DNA from: Octopus sinensis
Lineage: Eukaryota
Assembly (NCBI RefSeq): GCF_006345805.1
Contig: NC_043000.1
Span: forward strand, 2,294,001-2,358,000
Direction of reading: 5' to 3'
Length of the DNA stretch: 64,000 nucleotides
Shown: piece by piece, positions 24,549 to 37,670 of the stretch
Numbering within the stretch: position 1 is the first letter of the stretch
How the letters are laid out: each line of letters begins with the position of its first letter
Notes under the pieces: model-generated
Seen by the model: only the letters and a program-made list of their open reading frames with translations
Told to the model about the DNA's origin: nothing
The model's database searches: none
Translations under genes and position numbers: made by a program

Positions 24549-24957
24549 ATAGAATGGTTGTATACTGTCAATCTAACATGAACGTGAGAGTAGGGGGTAC
24601 ACCACCGCTGTATAGCCCTAGGGAACATCGACGCCTCCTGATGGCTTTGACACATTTTTCCCTGTTTTCTTATATACATTTACGAAGGGGAGACAAACAC
24701 CCCCGGCCGCCGGAGCTGCATCTAGGGACACGTGTTTCTAGGCCGATGAAGGACAATGATCCTGAAATTCGTGTCCCTAGATGCAGCTCCGGCGGCCGGG
24801 GGTGTTTGTCTCCCCTTCGTAAATGTATATAAGGACACAGGGAAAAATGTGTCAAAGCCATCAGGAGGCGTCGATGCTTCCTAGGGCTATACAGCGGTGG
24901 TGTACCCCCCCCCTACTGTCACGTTCGTGTTAGATTGACAGTATACAACCATTCTAT
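24549..24957. mobile_element. Inner GC-rich palindrome, about 184-bp arms, 37-bp spacer
   Basis: 24549-24732 is the near-perfect reverse complement of 24770-24957. Confidence 0.92.
24738..24780 (+). ncRNA. Type I hammerhead motif at the palindrome axis
   Basis: CTAGG-CCGATGA-AGGA(caatga)TCCT-GAAA-ttcgtg-TC-CCTAG. The opposite arm keeps the palindromic GAAACACGTGTC. Confidence 0.65.
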
Positions 24958-25444
24958 TATTATTTACTCTTCTTTTAATTTTGATTCTATATCTTCTGGA
25001 GGAGTTACCTCAATCCTTTATATATTAACCAAAATGAAGTAAATTGACAAATTTATTTTTTGAACCTGTTGAAGACACACAAGATGTCGAAATATCATTC
25101 ACTAGATGACAATAGCACTCTTCTTTTAATTTTGACTCCATATGGAAGAGAAATGGGGAGGTGATGGTAAGTGAGATGTGTAATTTTTTTTCAACTAAGT
25201 TTTTTTTCCCTACGTTACTTAGCCCATCTGTAACACTTTCATGTGATTAGTTGAAGGAAAAGGTGAAGAGCAAAAGAAAAAGGAGAGAAAGTCAAAGAGT
25301 GAGAGAGAAAGAGGGAGAGTATTATATATTAAGTCTATAAAATAGTGCATAAAGTATATAAAGTGTATATATAAAGTGTATATATAGAGTGCATTAAGTA
25401 ATCACCATATTCCAGTTTCCTTCATGTTTCAATGATTAGCAGAT

Positions 25445-25845
25445 ACTCTTGTACTCTTTTACTTGTTTCAGTCATTTGACTGCGGCCATGCTGGAACAAC
25501 ACCTTTAGTTGAGCAAATCGACTCCAGGACTTATTCTTTGGAAGCCTAGTACTTATTCTATCAGTTGCCGAACCGCTAAGTTACGGGGACGTAAACACAC
25601 CAGCATCGGTTGTCAAGCGATGTTGTGGTGGTGGTGGTGGGGGGACACATACACACAAACATATACACACACATACATGTATACGATGAGCTTCTTTCAG
25701 TTTCTGTCTACCAAATCCACTCACAAGGCTTTGGTTGGCCCAAGGCTACAGTAGAAGACACTTGCTGAAGGTGCCACGCAGTGGGACTGAATCTGGAACC
25801 ATGTGGTTGGTAAGCAAGCTACTTACCACACAACCACTCCTGCGC
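25445..25845 (-). mobile_element. SINE family A
   Basis: Reverse-complement copy, moderately diverged. Confidence 0.88.
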
Positions 25846-25987
25846 TTGAGGAACTATCTTTTAATACAGACACAACACAGGCTACATTTTCAAGTTTTCT
25901 AGATAAAGTTTTCAGAAATAACCCAATAAATTTACCATTAATTATATGAAATATTCACAGGTCCTGTTAGTTATTATTGTTGTTGTT

Positions 25988-26449
25988 AAGGTGCTTAGCT
26001 GGTACAATTGTTAGCATGCCAAGCAAAATGCTTTGCAGCATTTCGTCTGTCCTTATGTTCTGAGTTCAAATTCCGCTAAGGTCGACTTTACCTTTCATCC
26101 TTTCAGGGTTGATAAAATAAGTACCAGTTATGCACTGGGTTTGATGTAACCAACTATCCCCCTCCCTCAAAGTTTCAGGCCTTGTACCTATAACAGAAAG
26201 GATTAAAAAAAAAGAACACGATTTTCCGTGACCATTGCCAGTACCACCTGACTGCCCCTCGTGCCAGTGGCACGTAAAAGCACCCACTACACTCTCAGAG
26301 TGGTTGGCGTTAGGAAGGGCATCCAGCTGTAGAAACTCTGCCAAATCAAGATTGGAGCCTGGTGCAGCCATCTGGTTCACCAGTCCTCAGTCAAATCATC
26401 CAATCCATGGTAGCATGGAAAGCGGATGTTAAACGACGACGATGATGAT
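25988..26449 (+). mobile_element. Decayed SINE B (25988-26200) followed by family C repeat (26215-26449)
   Basis: Family consensus blocks present. Confidence 0.8.
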
Positions 26450-27014
26450 TATTATCAAGGAACTCAGCTTTTCAAATTGTTAGCATGCCAGACAAAATGC
26501 TTTGTGGTATTTTATCTGCCTTTACATTCTGAGTTCAAATTCTGCTGAGGTCAAATTTATCTTTCATTTTTTTTCACTTTGCCTTTCATTGACCCCATTG
26601 AAGGTTATTGACTTCCCCACCCCATCAAAATTACTGGCCTTGTACCAACATTAGAAAAAAAATTATCATTGTTATTGTTATTGTTGTAAACTGTGTTTTG
26701 AATCCACTGGAAAGTTGGTCATCATATATTTAGCTCAGCTTGTTTGTGAAGCGACTCTGCTAAAAGCTCGATTGAATCGTTGAGCGATAAGAAAGTCAAG
26801 TATTAGTAGGGTCTGCTAAAAGTGGCTCTTTTCTTTGAAGAGTGTCAGCTACTATTAATACTAAAACTACTGAAGACATCACATGCTGTTCTGACTTTCA
26901 CAGACAACTGCTCAGTGCTAGCTGTTTGTAGCCAAGCTAATCTATATTGATTACTGATCTGGCATGTATTATATACTGGATTTGGACTGGCTGATTGGCT
27001 GGCTGACTGGCTCC

Positions 27015-27895
27015 TGGTGTTGGTGGTGATGATGATGATAATGATGATGGTGGTGATACTGGTACCGGTTGCAACTGTTGGTGATGGTAGTTGTGGCGGT
27101 ATCCGTGCATGTGGTGTTAGTAATAAGGATAATTATAATGACGATGACGACGATGACAATGATGATGATGGTGATGATGGTGGTACTGGTACCATTTGCA
27201 ACTGTTGGTGATCGTGGGTGCGGTGTGGCGGTAGTGGTGCTTGTGGTGTTAGTAATAAGGATAATTATGATGATGATGATGATGACAATGACGATGAGTG
27301 TCGTGGCAGTGGTAGTGGTACTGGTACCACTTGCGACTGTTGGTGATGGTTGTGATGGTATTGGTACATGTGTTGTTAGTAATAAGGATAATTATGATGA
27401 CGATGATGATGGTGATGGAGATGATGATGATGATGGAGATGATGATGATGATAATGATGGTGATGATGTGAATTGTTATAATGGGTGATGGTAGTGATAA
27501 TGGCGATGGTTGCGTTGGTTTATAGTAAAGTATCGGTTGTGTATTTGGTGTTTGGCTATACTATAGTGGTGATGTAAGTTGTAGTAATGGTAGTGTGGCT
27601 TGTAATTAATGGGTGGTAGTGGTCGTGGTTGGTGTGGGTATGGTGCTGGTTGGGCAGGTTGTAGTAATAGTAATGGTGATCATGATGGTATGCATGCTTC
27701 TTTTCTGTGTCTGCATCAGTAGTGAATGGTTGTTGTCGTGGTGGTGGTGTAGTTTGTAGTGGTAGTTGTGATGGTGGTGGTGGTGGTGGTGGTGGTGTGG
27801 TGGTGGTGGTGGTGGTGGTTAAGGTGTTCATGATGATGGATATGATACCTATAGTGCTTGTTGGTGGTGGTGATGATGATGATGATGATGATGGC
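27015..27895. repeat. GGT/GAT low-complexity tract with three diverged units of about 130 bp
   Basis: TACTGGTACC..ACTGTTGGTGAT..GTTAGTAATAAGGATAATTAT recurs near 27057, 27184 and 27319. Confidence 0.75.
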
Positions 27896-28783
27896 AAGCC
27901 ATGCTCTCTCAAGACTGTAGATCTGTAACATAAGTGTGCCGTGAAGCATGTGGAGTTTATTATGAAGTCTGCTGGGTCAAAAGAGGTGGTGGATGGGGGT
28001 GGGGTATGGCAAGGTGATGGGAGCTGGGAGCAGGTGGGGGTGGCCAGGAATACTAAATTGTTTACAGCAGTTCCGATGCTCACATATTCCTCCCATCATT
28101 ACATCAGTCTAAACTCTGCCATCGTTAATGGCAGTTTCACAGGGATGACAACCATGATGACCACAATGACCACCACCATCCGCACCACCTCCATCATCAT
28201 TCCCCTCCCCACCACCACAAACAGCAACAATCATTATAAAGAACCAATGTCAGGGCCTCTGTGTGCTCACTCAACTTATAGAAACAGCAGTCAAGTTTTC
28301 CTCAAATCACCTTTTCTTCATCTTAAAAAAAAAGAACACATTGTGTAATGTGATTCTAGGTTCCATGAACGTGGAAAAAGATGAGATGGTTATTGCTGGA
28401 ATGTCTTTGATCATTGTTATCTCTGATCAGGGCTAGCCTAGGGCTAAGCAACTGCAACAAAAACAATTAAAATGAACCATCATGGGAACCTGTAGGTGCT
28501 GGTTTGCCTTGAAAACGATAGGCTACATTGGACAATATAGCCCCTGATATAAGGGACTATATTATCCAGTTTTATAAAAGGTGAGATGGTCACTGTTGGA
28601 ATGCTTTTGATCATAGATCTATTTAGTCAGGATTGACTTAGGACCAAACAACAGTGACAAGAAGAAGATACTATTGAAACAAATTAACATGGGTGGACTT
28701 TGTGTGATCATCCAACCTGCTTGAATTAGCAGTCAACTCTCCCTCAAATCACACCTGTCTTTAAAAAATATGAAGAGTATATA

Positions 28784-28948
28784 GGCGTAGGAGTGGCTGT
28801 GTGGTAAGTAGCTTGCTTACAAACCACATGGTTCTGGGTTCAGTCCCATTGCATGGCACCTTGGGCAAGTGTCTTCTACTATAGCCTCAGGCCAGCCGAA
28901 GCCTTGTGAGTGGATTTGGTAGACTGAAACTGAAAGAAGCCCGTCTTA

Positions 28949-29009
<61 letters not shown>

Positions 29010-29209
29010 CTGTGTTTGTCCCCTCCCCCCCATCATCGCTTGACAACCGATGGTGGTGTGTTTACACCCCTGTAACTTAGCGGTTTGGCAAAAGAAACTG
29101 ATAGAATAAGTACTAGGCTTACAAAGAATAAGTCCTGGGGTCGATTTGCTCGACTAAAGGCGGTGCTCCAGCATGGCCACAGTCAAATGACTGAAACAAG
29201 TAAAAGAGT
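28784..29209 (+). mobile_element. SINE family A
   Basis: Full length. Confidence 0.9.
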
Positions 29210-29835
29210 ACATTGCCTGATGTTCTTTGGATAAATATAGCATAGCCTACAAACACAATTGGGGACTACACAAGAAAAGGAAAAGAGGCTAGGTGGCTAA
29301 TGGAACCGTTTTACATTTGCTGGAGTTACTAGTAATATCTTCATCTTTTACTTGTTTTAGTCATTGTTATGGAGATAATAGTAATAATGGGACACCACTC
29401 TCATGTGATAAGTGGTATGTGCTAGTCAGTACAAATGCTGTGACATAGGAAGTCGAGAGAGTGTCAGTTAAGTAGACGGTCAATAGATAGTTGTGTCTTA
29501 CTTGTCTAACTAACTGTACTGCTATACTGGAGTGGGCATTATAACAGCCTGACAGAGGATTACAACAGTTATAGGACTGTGGCCAAGCAAATGCACCATC
29601 TAGGAAAATCAACCCTGGTACTTATTTTTAAGTTTGGCACTTATTCTGTTGTTGATCTCTTTCCCCAAACTGCTAAGTTGTTGAAGGATGTAAACAAACC
29701 AACACTGGTTGTCAAATGGTGGTGGTGAAAAAGCACATGTATACACATATACTTGCACACACACACACACATGTGCACAAAATTCTTATCTGCCAAATTC
29801 ACTCAAAAGGCATCTGTCAGAGAGAGAGAGAGAGT

Positions 29836-29866
<31 letters not shown>

Positions 29867-30109
29867 GGGCTATCATCACTAGGTTGCTTTCTTTTGATAT
29901 ACATACTTTCACTTTTCAATGGTCAAGTAGTTGTAGGTTACATTACTTTGATGTCAAGTTTTGCCTAAGGTGTTGTACACTGGGTCTGAACTCCAAACCA
30001 TGTGGTTAATGCCATCTTATAAACAGAAACATACATTGGGTAAGGTAGTCCTAGGTATTCTGTGTAGGCATATTGTATCCAACGGCAACATAATTACAAC
30101 TATCACAAG

Positions 30110-30222
30110 ATGCCATGACACTGCATCCTTTAAGGCCCTCATGCTTTCCGAAATCCGCCGAAACTACACCTGGTTATATATGCACTTTAGATGAGTTGTA
30201 GTGCACCTGAGCACTGTACACA

Positions 30223-30250
<28 letters not shown>
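30110..30250 (+). mobile_element. Extreme 3' end of the CR1 LINE seen at 34736-35277
   Basis: TGCCATGACACTGCATCCTTTAAGG..GCACTGTACACAA plus (TTA)n, nearly identical to 35139-35277. Confidence 0.9.
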
Positions 30251-30253
<3 letters not shown>

Positions 30254-30302
30254 CAAGACAGGGAAACATTAACTCTCACTCTCTCTCTTTCTCTCTCTCT
30301 CC

Positions 30303-30339
<37 letters not shown>

Positions 30340-30490
30340 CAACCAGATGGGCTTTTTTTCATTTGTATCTTCCCATACTAAATTCATGGGAAGGCTTTGG
30401 TCAACTGAGGGCTATAGTACAAGGCACTTTCCCAAGGGGCCCCGCAGTGGGACTGAAATAGGAAATATATGGCTGGGAAGCATCACACAG

Positions 30491-30542
<52 letters not shown>

Positions 30543-30551
30543 TGTATGTAT

Positions 30552-30767
30552 ACTCTTTTCTTTTACTCTTTTACTTGTTTCAGTCATTTGACTGTGGCCA
30601 TGCTGGAGCACCGCCTTTAGTCGAACAAATCGACCCCGGGACTTATTCTTTGTAAGCCCAGTACTTATTCTATCGGTCTCTTTTTGCCGAACCGCTAAGT
30701 GACGGGGACGTAAACACATCAGCATCGGTTGTCAAGCAATGCTAGGGGGACAAACACAGACACACAA

Positions 30768-30825
<58 letters not shown>

Positions 30826-30987
30826 GACAGGCTTCTTTCAGTTTCCGTCTACCAAATCCACTCACAAGGCATTGGTCGGCCCGAGGCTATAGTAGAAGAC
30901 ACTTGCCCAAGATGCCACGCAGTGGGACTGAACCCGGAACCATGTGGTTGGTTAGCAAGCTACTTACCACACAGCCACTCCCGTGCC
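30552..30987 (-). mobile_element. SINE family A
   Basis: Full reverse-complement copy. Confidence 0.92.
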
Positions 30988-31387
30988 TATGTATGTGTAT
31001 ATTTTTCACTGATCTATATTGGCAAAGAATCCAATAGACCAATGATTTCAAGCTAAAATTCCTTGTAGTGTTTGTTCTGCCCAGGTTGCATGGACACTCT
31101 CTTTATTCTCTCCCTGTTAGAGATGCAGCGAATCAGTGATCAGGTAGACAGAAAGCTGCAACCAATGACAACATTATTTACAAAATATGATACAAAATAA
31201 GAAAAATGAATTACAGATTGTAATTTATAGTTGATTTGTGTTCTTGAGCAAGACACTCTGTTTCATGTTGTTCCAGTTCACTCAACTGTAGAAATGAGTT
31301 GTGACATCACTGCTGCCAAGCTATATTGGCCTTTTGCTTTCCCTTGGTCAGCATCGGACACATGGAGAGGGAAGGCTGGTATACATG

Positions 31388-31618
31388 GGCGGAGAGCTGG
31401 CAGAACCGTTAGCACGCCGGGCGAAATGCTTAGCGGTATTTCGTCTGCCGTTACATTCTGAGTTCAAATTCCGCCGAGGTCGACTTTGCCTTTCATCCTT
31501 TCGGGGTCGATAAATTAAGTAGCAGTTACACACTGGGGTCGATGTAATCGACTTAATACCTATGTCTGTCCTTGTTTGTCCCCTCTGTGTTTAACCCCTT
31601 GTGGGTAATAAAGAAATA
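31388..31618 (+). mobile_element. SINE family B nested in an older CORE-like SINE (about 31235-31730)
   Basis: TSD GGTATACATGGGCG. The host element carries TGTGTTCTTGAGCAAGACAC. Confidence 0.88.
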
Positions 31619-32139
31619 GGTATACATGGGCGACTGCTGGTTTTCCATAAATAACCTTGTCTGGACTTGTGCCTCATAGGGTAACTTCTTAGGTGCAATC
31701 CCATGGTCATTCATGATTCAAAAGGGTCTTTGATATAACACAGGTTAGCTTTATAGTGAAATCTTTACTGGTAGTAGTTTGAGGCCATAATTGCAACAAC
31801 AAAGCTAAGAGGGCATGGTAACTATCCTTTCTTTGTCTTTTATACTTCTTCTACAATAACTACGAACTTTGTCTTCTCTGTTTTAGTTAACATTACTACC
31901 AGTCTTTCTTCCTTGGATCTGAAATACTGAAGCCCTTCTCTTATGTTTAAATTTTCCACTACAACTTCGGATATCATCATACTGAAGTTGAAGGTCAGCA
32001 TAAACCATATCATTCTCACCATTCTGGCTAGTTGTGGGTTGTGGGTAGGTGTAGGTGAGAGTTGGTCAGTCTCACTAAAAAAAAAAAATTCTATAACAAC
32101 ACACATTCTTCCATGATCCAAATAACAGTCACAAAAAAA

Positions 32140-32251
32140 TATAATAATAATAATGATAATAATAATAGTAATAGTTAAAATGATAATAATAATAATGATA
32201 ATAATAATAGTAATAGTTAAAATGATGATAATAATAATGATAATAATAATA

Positions 32252-32348
<97 letters not shown>

Positions 32349-32366
32349 GTAATAGTTAAAATGATG

Positions 32367-32410
<44 letters not shown>
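32140..32410. repeat. (AAT)n microsatellite with higher-order repeats
   Basis: AGTAATAGTTAAAATGAT recurs three times within (AAT)n. Confidence 0.9.
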
Positions 32411-32498
32411 CGCAATCACATAAAGGAAAGAAAATCACTTCTGCGATATTTTCCAAGAAAATCAAATCCCTTTGTTAACTGTTACATTGAGTTGGTGT

Positions 32499-32529
<31 letters not shown>

Positions 32530-33166
32530 CGAGAAAGACAGAAAGAGAGAGAGGGGCTATCATCACCAGGTTGCTTTCTTTTGATATACATACTTTCACT
32601 GGTCAATGGTCAAGTAGTTGCAGGTTACATTGCTTTGATGTCAAGCTTAATTAGCTTCTTTAAAGCTTCGACGCTTCAGCAAAACTTTTTGCTCCTATGG
32701 ATTGCTGGTTTCCACTCATCATGGAAAATTATTGGAAAACTTGGAATCAATTGCGAAGGGAATGTTTGATTTCATGACAATCTCTGATCTTTCATGCAGG
32801 AAAGATGAAAAATACATTTGGGAGAAAACCTGACATTTCAATACCGTCTTGTAATGCTGCCAATTCTGAATGATTATTTGACTTTGCAATTCCCACTTTA
32901 CCATTTTGTTCTGGGGGAAAATATCAGCATCAGATAGTTCTCCCCATCTTTCTTAGCTTCCTCGGCTTGTTTATCTAATTTGTATATTTATTTGTTTATA
33001 TATATATACATTGCAAAGGTCAAAAGAAAAGAATGTCATTTGATAGGAATGAATTCACAAATGCTACACACACACATACACACACAATGGTCTTGTGATG
33101 TAGAAATATATATGCACTAATATAGCGATCACACACATATACACACACATATATATACTTTCATAA

Positions 33167-33216
<50 letters not shown>

Positions 33217-34205
33217 TTTCATAAATATGTATATACATACATATATTTATATATATATATATATGTATGTGTATACACATGCAATATATACATACATACA
33301 TGCACACATACACACACAGAAAGTAAAGGACACATGCGACACTTATAAGTTTGTTTATGAATACACATACATGACGTAAAATGTATATATATATATATGA
33401 AAATATACGAATGAAAATATGAGTCTTTGAAGACAGTCGCTCCCATAAGTACCAAAATATAATTTATGGAGAGTCAAAGTTGAGAGCAGAAACGGGATAG
33501 TGGGGACATACAAGGAAACTGGATGAAAAGAAACATGGAGGGTCATTAGACCAGAACGAAGGTAGAATGGCGATCACTGGAGAAATATTTTCTTTGACAA
33601 GAGAAAAGATAGAAAAGAGAGACAGGATATGTCCAGTCCTTAGGACAGTCCTGAAAGAAAAGAAAGATGATCATGTGAGGAAAAGAAAGATGGGTGATGG
33701 TCACATGTGAGCAATGAGAGAAAGAAAAGAAGAAAGAGTGGTAGAGAGAGACAGATAGAAAACTGTGAAGGGGAGAAAAAGGGGAATTAGAGAAAGGATG
33801 AGAGACAAAATGATTGGGGAGAAAACAGCATAGAGTAGAGTCACATGAAAAAATTGGCTAGAGAAATATTGAGCTTTATTTAATAACCAGTTGATCGATC
33901 AGTGAGGGCGGCTGGTGTGCATTGATGCCATCGAGAGGTAGGCCCCGAAACAGCACACATTCTCTCCTGATGACCCCATACACTTGCTGGCTTCCGGTAT
34001 GCGGAGTTCTCGACTGGTAGCACTTGCATGTGCAAGTTGTTTGCAAGACATCATTAAGATAAACTTACTTTTAAATGGATGCATGGTGTTCAGTCAAATA
34101 ATAATATAAATAATATATATATAATTTGTTTATATATCTACCCTCTTTGTAATGTTGGCAAATGTATAAGAATATGCATTGTCAGTTTAATTGAAAAGTT
34201 TTATA

Positions 34206-34293
34206 TGTGGCTGAAGATTGCTTGACATTTTAAAACTGATGTAATACCTACAGTGTTTAATAAAATGAAGTAGCATGAAACAATTGTACTACA
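34206..34293 (+). ncRNA. Type I hammerhead motif with long stem II
   Basis: TGTGG-CTGAAGA-[tTGC..CATTTTA..ACTG..CAGT..TAAAATG..GCAt]-GAA-ACAATTGT-A-CTACA. Confidence 0.6.
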
Positions 34294-34299
34294 CTACCT

Positions 34300-34530
34300 A
34301 TTTTTTTACTACCCACAAGGGGCTAAACACAGAGAGAACAAACAAGGACAGACAAACGGATTAAGTCGATTACATCGACCCCAGTGCGTAGCTGGTACTT
34401 AATTTATCGACCCCGAAAGGATGAAAGGCAAAGTCGACCTCGATGGAATTTGAACTCAGAATGTAATGGCAGACGAAATACCTCTAAGCATATCGCCCAG
34501 CGTGCTAACGTTTCTGCCAGCTTGCCGCCT
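34300..34530 (-). mobile_element. SINE family B
   Basis: 19-bp TSD CAATTGTACTACACTACCT at 34281 and 34531. Confidence 0.92.
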
Positions 34531-34673
34531 CAATTGTACTACACTACCTTGGATATTTTTGTTGCTTATTTTGATTATAATCACCACATTTGATTTATAT
34601 GGATAATACCAGACAAAATTCTGGTGCCATTAACTTAAGTACCATATTCATCTGAATCTAAATTTTTACTGAA

Positions 34674-34729
<56 letters not shown>

Positions 34730-34735
34730 TACATA

Positions 34736-35277
34736 TTTAAAACTATATACAGCTATGATACGACCACACTTGGAATTCGCATCATCAGTTTGGAACCCCT
34801 ATCTTGCTCAGAACATTGACCTCCTGGAATCTGTCCAGAGACGTGCAACCAAACGCATACCCTCCATCAGACACCTACCATATTCTGAGCGCCTTGTTTT
34901 CCTGGGCATGGATTCACTGAAGCTCCGGCGTCTGGCGATGGACTTGGTAAGCACCCACAAAGTTATCAACCACCTCACCAACAACAACACTGAACACCTT
35001 TTTGATCTCCATGTGTCTAACACACGTGGACATGCCTACAAAGTCAGAAAACAACACAGCTCCCATGACTTTCGGAAACATTTCTTCACGCTCAGAGTTG
35101 CTGAAGCATAGAATAAACTGCCTGCGTCAGTTGTTGACTGCCATGACACTGCATCCTTTAAGGCCCTCATGCTTCCCGAAATCCGCCGAAACTACACCTG
35201 GTTATATATGCACTTTAGATGAGTTGTAGTGCACCTGAGCACTGTACACAATGTTTTATTATTATTATTATTATTAT
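34736..35277 (+). mobile_element. 5'-truncated CR1-clade LINE (ORF2 C-terminus, premature stop) with (TTA)n tail
   Basis: RPHLEFASSVWNP..LESVQRRATK..Y.ERL..TRGH..FFTLRVAEA*NKLP (TAG where TGG/Trp is expected). Confidence 0.92.
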
Positions 35278-35979
35278 ATGCATATATGGGTACAGGATGT
35301 CACCAACAGTAAACAACATGAAATACGAAAACAAATGGGATGAAGAAATGGGAAGGTGGCAAAGAGGGATTCAATGAGTATGACAGGATAGGGAAATGCA
35401 GGATGAATATTGTTACCTGTCTTTCCATTTCTCACTCCCCTAACTTCATCATCATCATCATCATCATCATCGTCATCCTTTTTTTCCTCATCCTCATCTA
35501 CATTGTCATCCATCACTGGCTTCATTATATCACATCACCACTATCAGCTCATCTACATTATCATCATCACCACCCCCGCTCCACCACGAAATAATCATCA
35601 TCATCATCATATTCATGATCACTATCATCATTGTCATCACCATGGCCATAATCATATTCTTTATCTCTCTGAAAAAAAAAAAAATTAGATAAAAATAAAG
35701 AAAGAAATCCGTAGATAATTGCGTTGTATTGTGTAGGTAATAACTAACTCAATTTAGCGATGTGACCTAGTTTGCTGGTGTTCAGATCTTATTAACCTTC
35801 TTCCTTCCCGTACGTTCTGCCAACTTCATTATGGTTATATCAGATCTCTGCAATACTGAAACTGTATTGGCATTACTTTCAGTAATTGAATGCTAAAAAT
35901 GGTAGCTGTATCTCGCTGGAAATACACCATCAATCTCAGATAAAAATTCTTTCCTTATAACCTGTTTAATGTTTTCTGC

Positions 35980-36430
35980 TTGATATATATATATATGTGT
36001 GTGTGTATGTGTGTATATATATATATCTATATATATATATGTATATATATGTATGTATGCACTCACACACACATATATATATATGATGATATATATATAT
36101 ATATATGCACACACACACACATATATACATATATATACACACATGCATACACACACATATATATGTACATGTATACTTATCTATAATACATGTATTTATA
36201 TATGTATGTATAGTTATAATAAATATATATATATATATATATATGTAGTTATCAATAATTTATGTATTTTTATGTATATGTATAGCTATCTATAATATAT
36301 TGATACACATACACACACACTTGCACATACATATATATTATATATCTATATATTCTTTTATATATGCACACACATACACAAACACACATGTACAGATGTT
36401 ACCTTTCTATGCATGCACACACACTCAAAC
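35980..36430. repeat. Compound TA/CA low-complexity tract
   Basis: Read directly from the sequence. Confidence 0.9.
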
Positions 36431-37387
36431 AAATAGATTTCTGATTGTTGTTGCTGTTGTTGTTGCCATTGTTGATGTTGTTTTATTGTTTTGCATCAAA
36501 CTTTTCCATGATGGAAAAGGGTGACATGGTGTGGAGTGGAGGACTGGATTTTTCTCCCCTTTCTTTATACATTTAACATGAAAGTGTAGAAGTTTTGGCA
36601 AGAAAGAGAATGGAAGAAATGAGAGAAGCTAGTACTGCTTTGTTGCTTAGCTCCAAATCAGTGCTGAAAGAGCAGACCTATGTTGAAAGGCATTCCAACC
36701 ATGACCATCTCATCTGTTTCTCTTCGTACACTGAACCCATTACCACATTATCCTTTGTGTCCTCTTTTTATTTTTTAAGATAGTAAGGTGTGATTTGAGA
36801 GGGATATGGCTGTAATTTCTAGTAGGGTAAGTGACCAAGTAGGTATTCTCCCATTGGCTTGGGAACAGAACTGTTATATCTGTTGGCAACAAAATATTTT
36901 ATTCATCATCACCATCATCATCATCATTATTTCATATCCATTTTTCTAAGCTCACGTGGGTCAGATGGGATGGGATTTGTTGAGGCTGAGGCCCTTTCTG
37001 TTGCCAACCCTTGTCTGTTTCCAAGCAATTTCAGACATGGTCAAACATGTTTTCATAGAAGCTTGGAAACAAACTACATTGCTTGTATGATGATGATACT
37101 CATTTACAATCATCATGTGATATCTAGACAAGGGTATGCACAAACACATACACATACATGGATCTCATCTTCTTCACCCACTTACTCCTGGGAAGGTCAT
37201 GGGGCAGAGTCCTCAAGAACACTTTCCAACAGGTCCTGTCAGAAGTGACCATCTCCAATTGATCTGGCTGGATCCACGAGTGGGACTAACTGAGCTCATG
37301 GGTGTTATCAAATCATCATCATCATAATCATAATCTAATATCCATTTTTCTAAGCTCACATGGGTCAGATGGGATTTATTGAGGCTA

Positions 37388-37670
37388 ATCGATCAACATC
37401 AATGGAAATTGTAGCTGTGATACCAGTGCCGATGGCGCGTAAGAGAACCATCCGATCGTGGCCGTTTGCCAGCCTCGTCTGTCACCTGTGCAGGTGGCAC
37501 GTAAAAAGCACCCACTACACTCACGGAGTGGTTGGCGTTAGGAAGAGCATCCAGCCGTAGAAACACTGCCAGATCAGACTGGGCTTGGCGCAGCCTTCTG
37601 GCTTCCCAGACCCCAGTTGAACCGTCCAACCCATGCTAGCATGGAAAACGGATGTTAAACGATGATGATG
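37388..37670 (+). mobile_element. Family C repeat
   Basis: Extends 5' to ATCGATCAACATCAATGGAAATTG, which matches the LINE-proximal UTR at about 43745-43770. Confidence 0.85.

Larger units (their letters stand above)
24302..25114. mobile_element. Outer fold-back, about 92-bp arms (24302-24393 / 25024-25114), each with a hammerhead-like motif
   Basis: Arms are reverse complements. TGAAC-CTGTTGA-A-GACA(cacaaga)TGTC-GAA-ATAT-C-ATTCA at 25061-25101. Confidence 0.7.

Noticed and set aside
33890-34060. GC-richer island with GTGTGC/GCACAC stem and CGAAAC
   Set aside because: No complete ribozyme core and no recognisable coding match.
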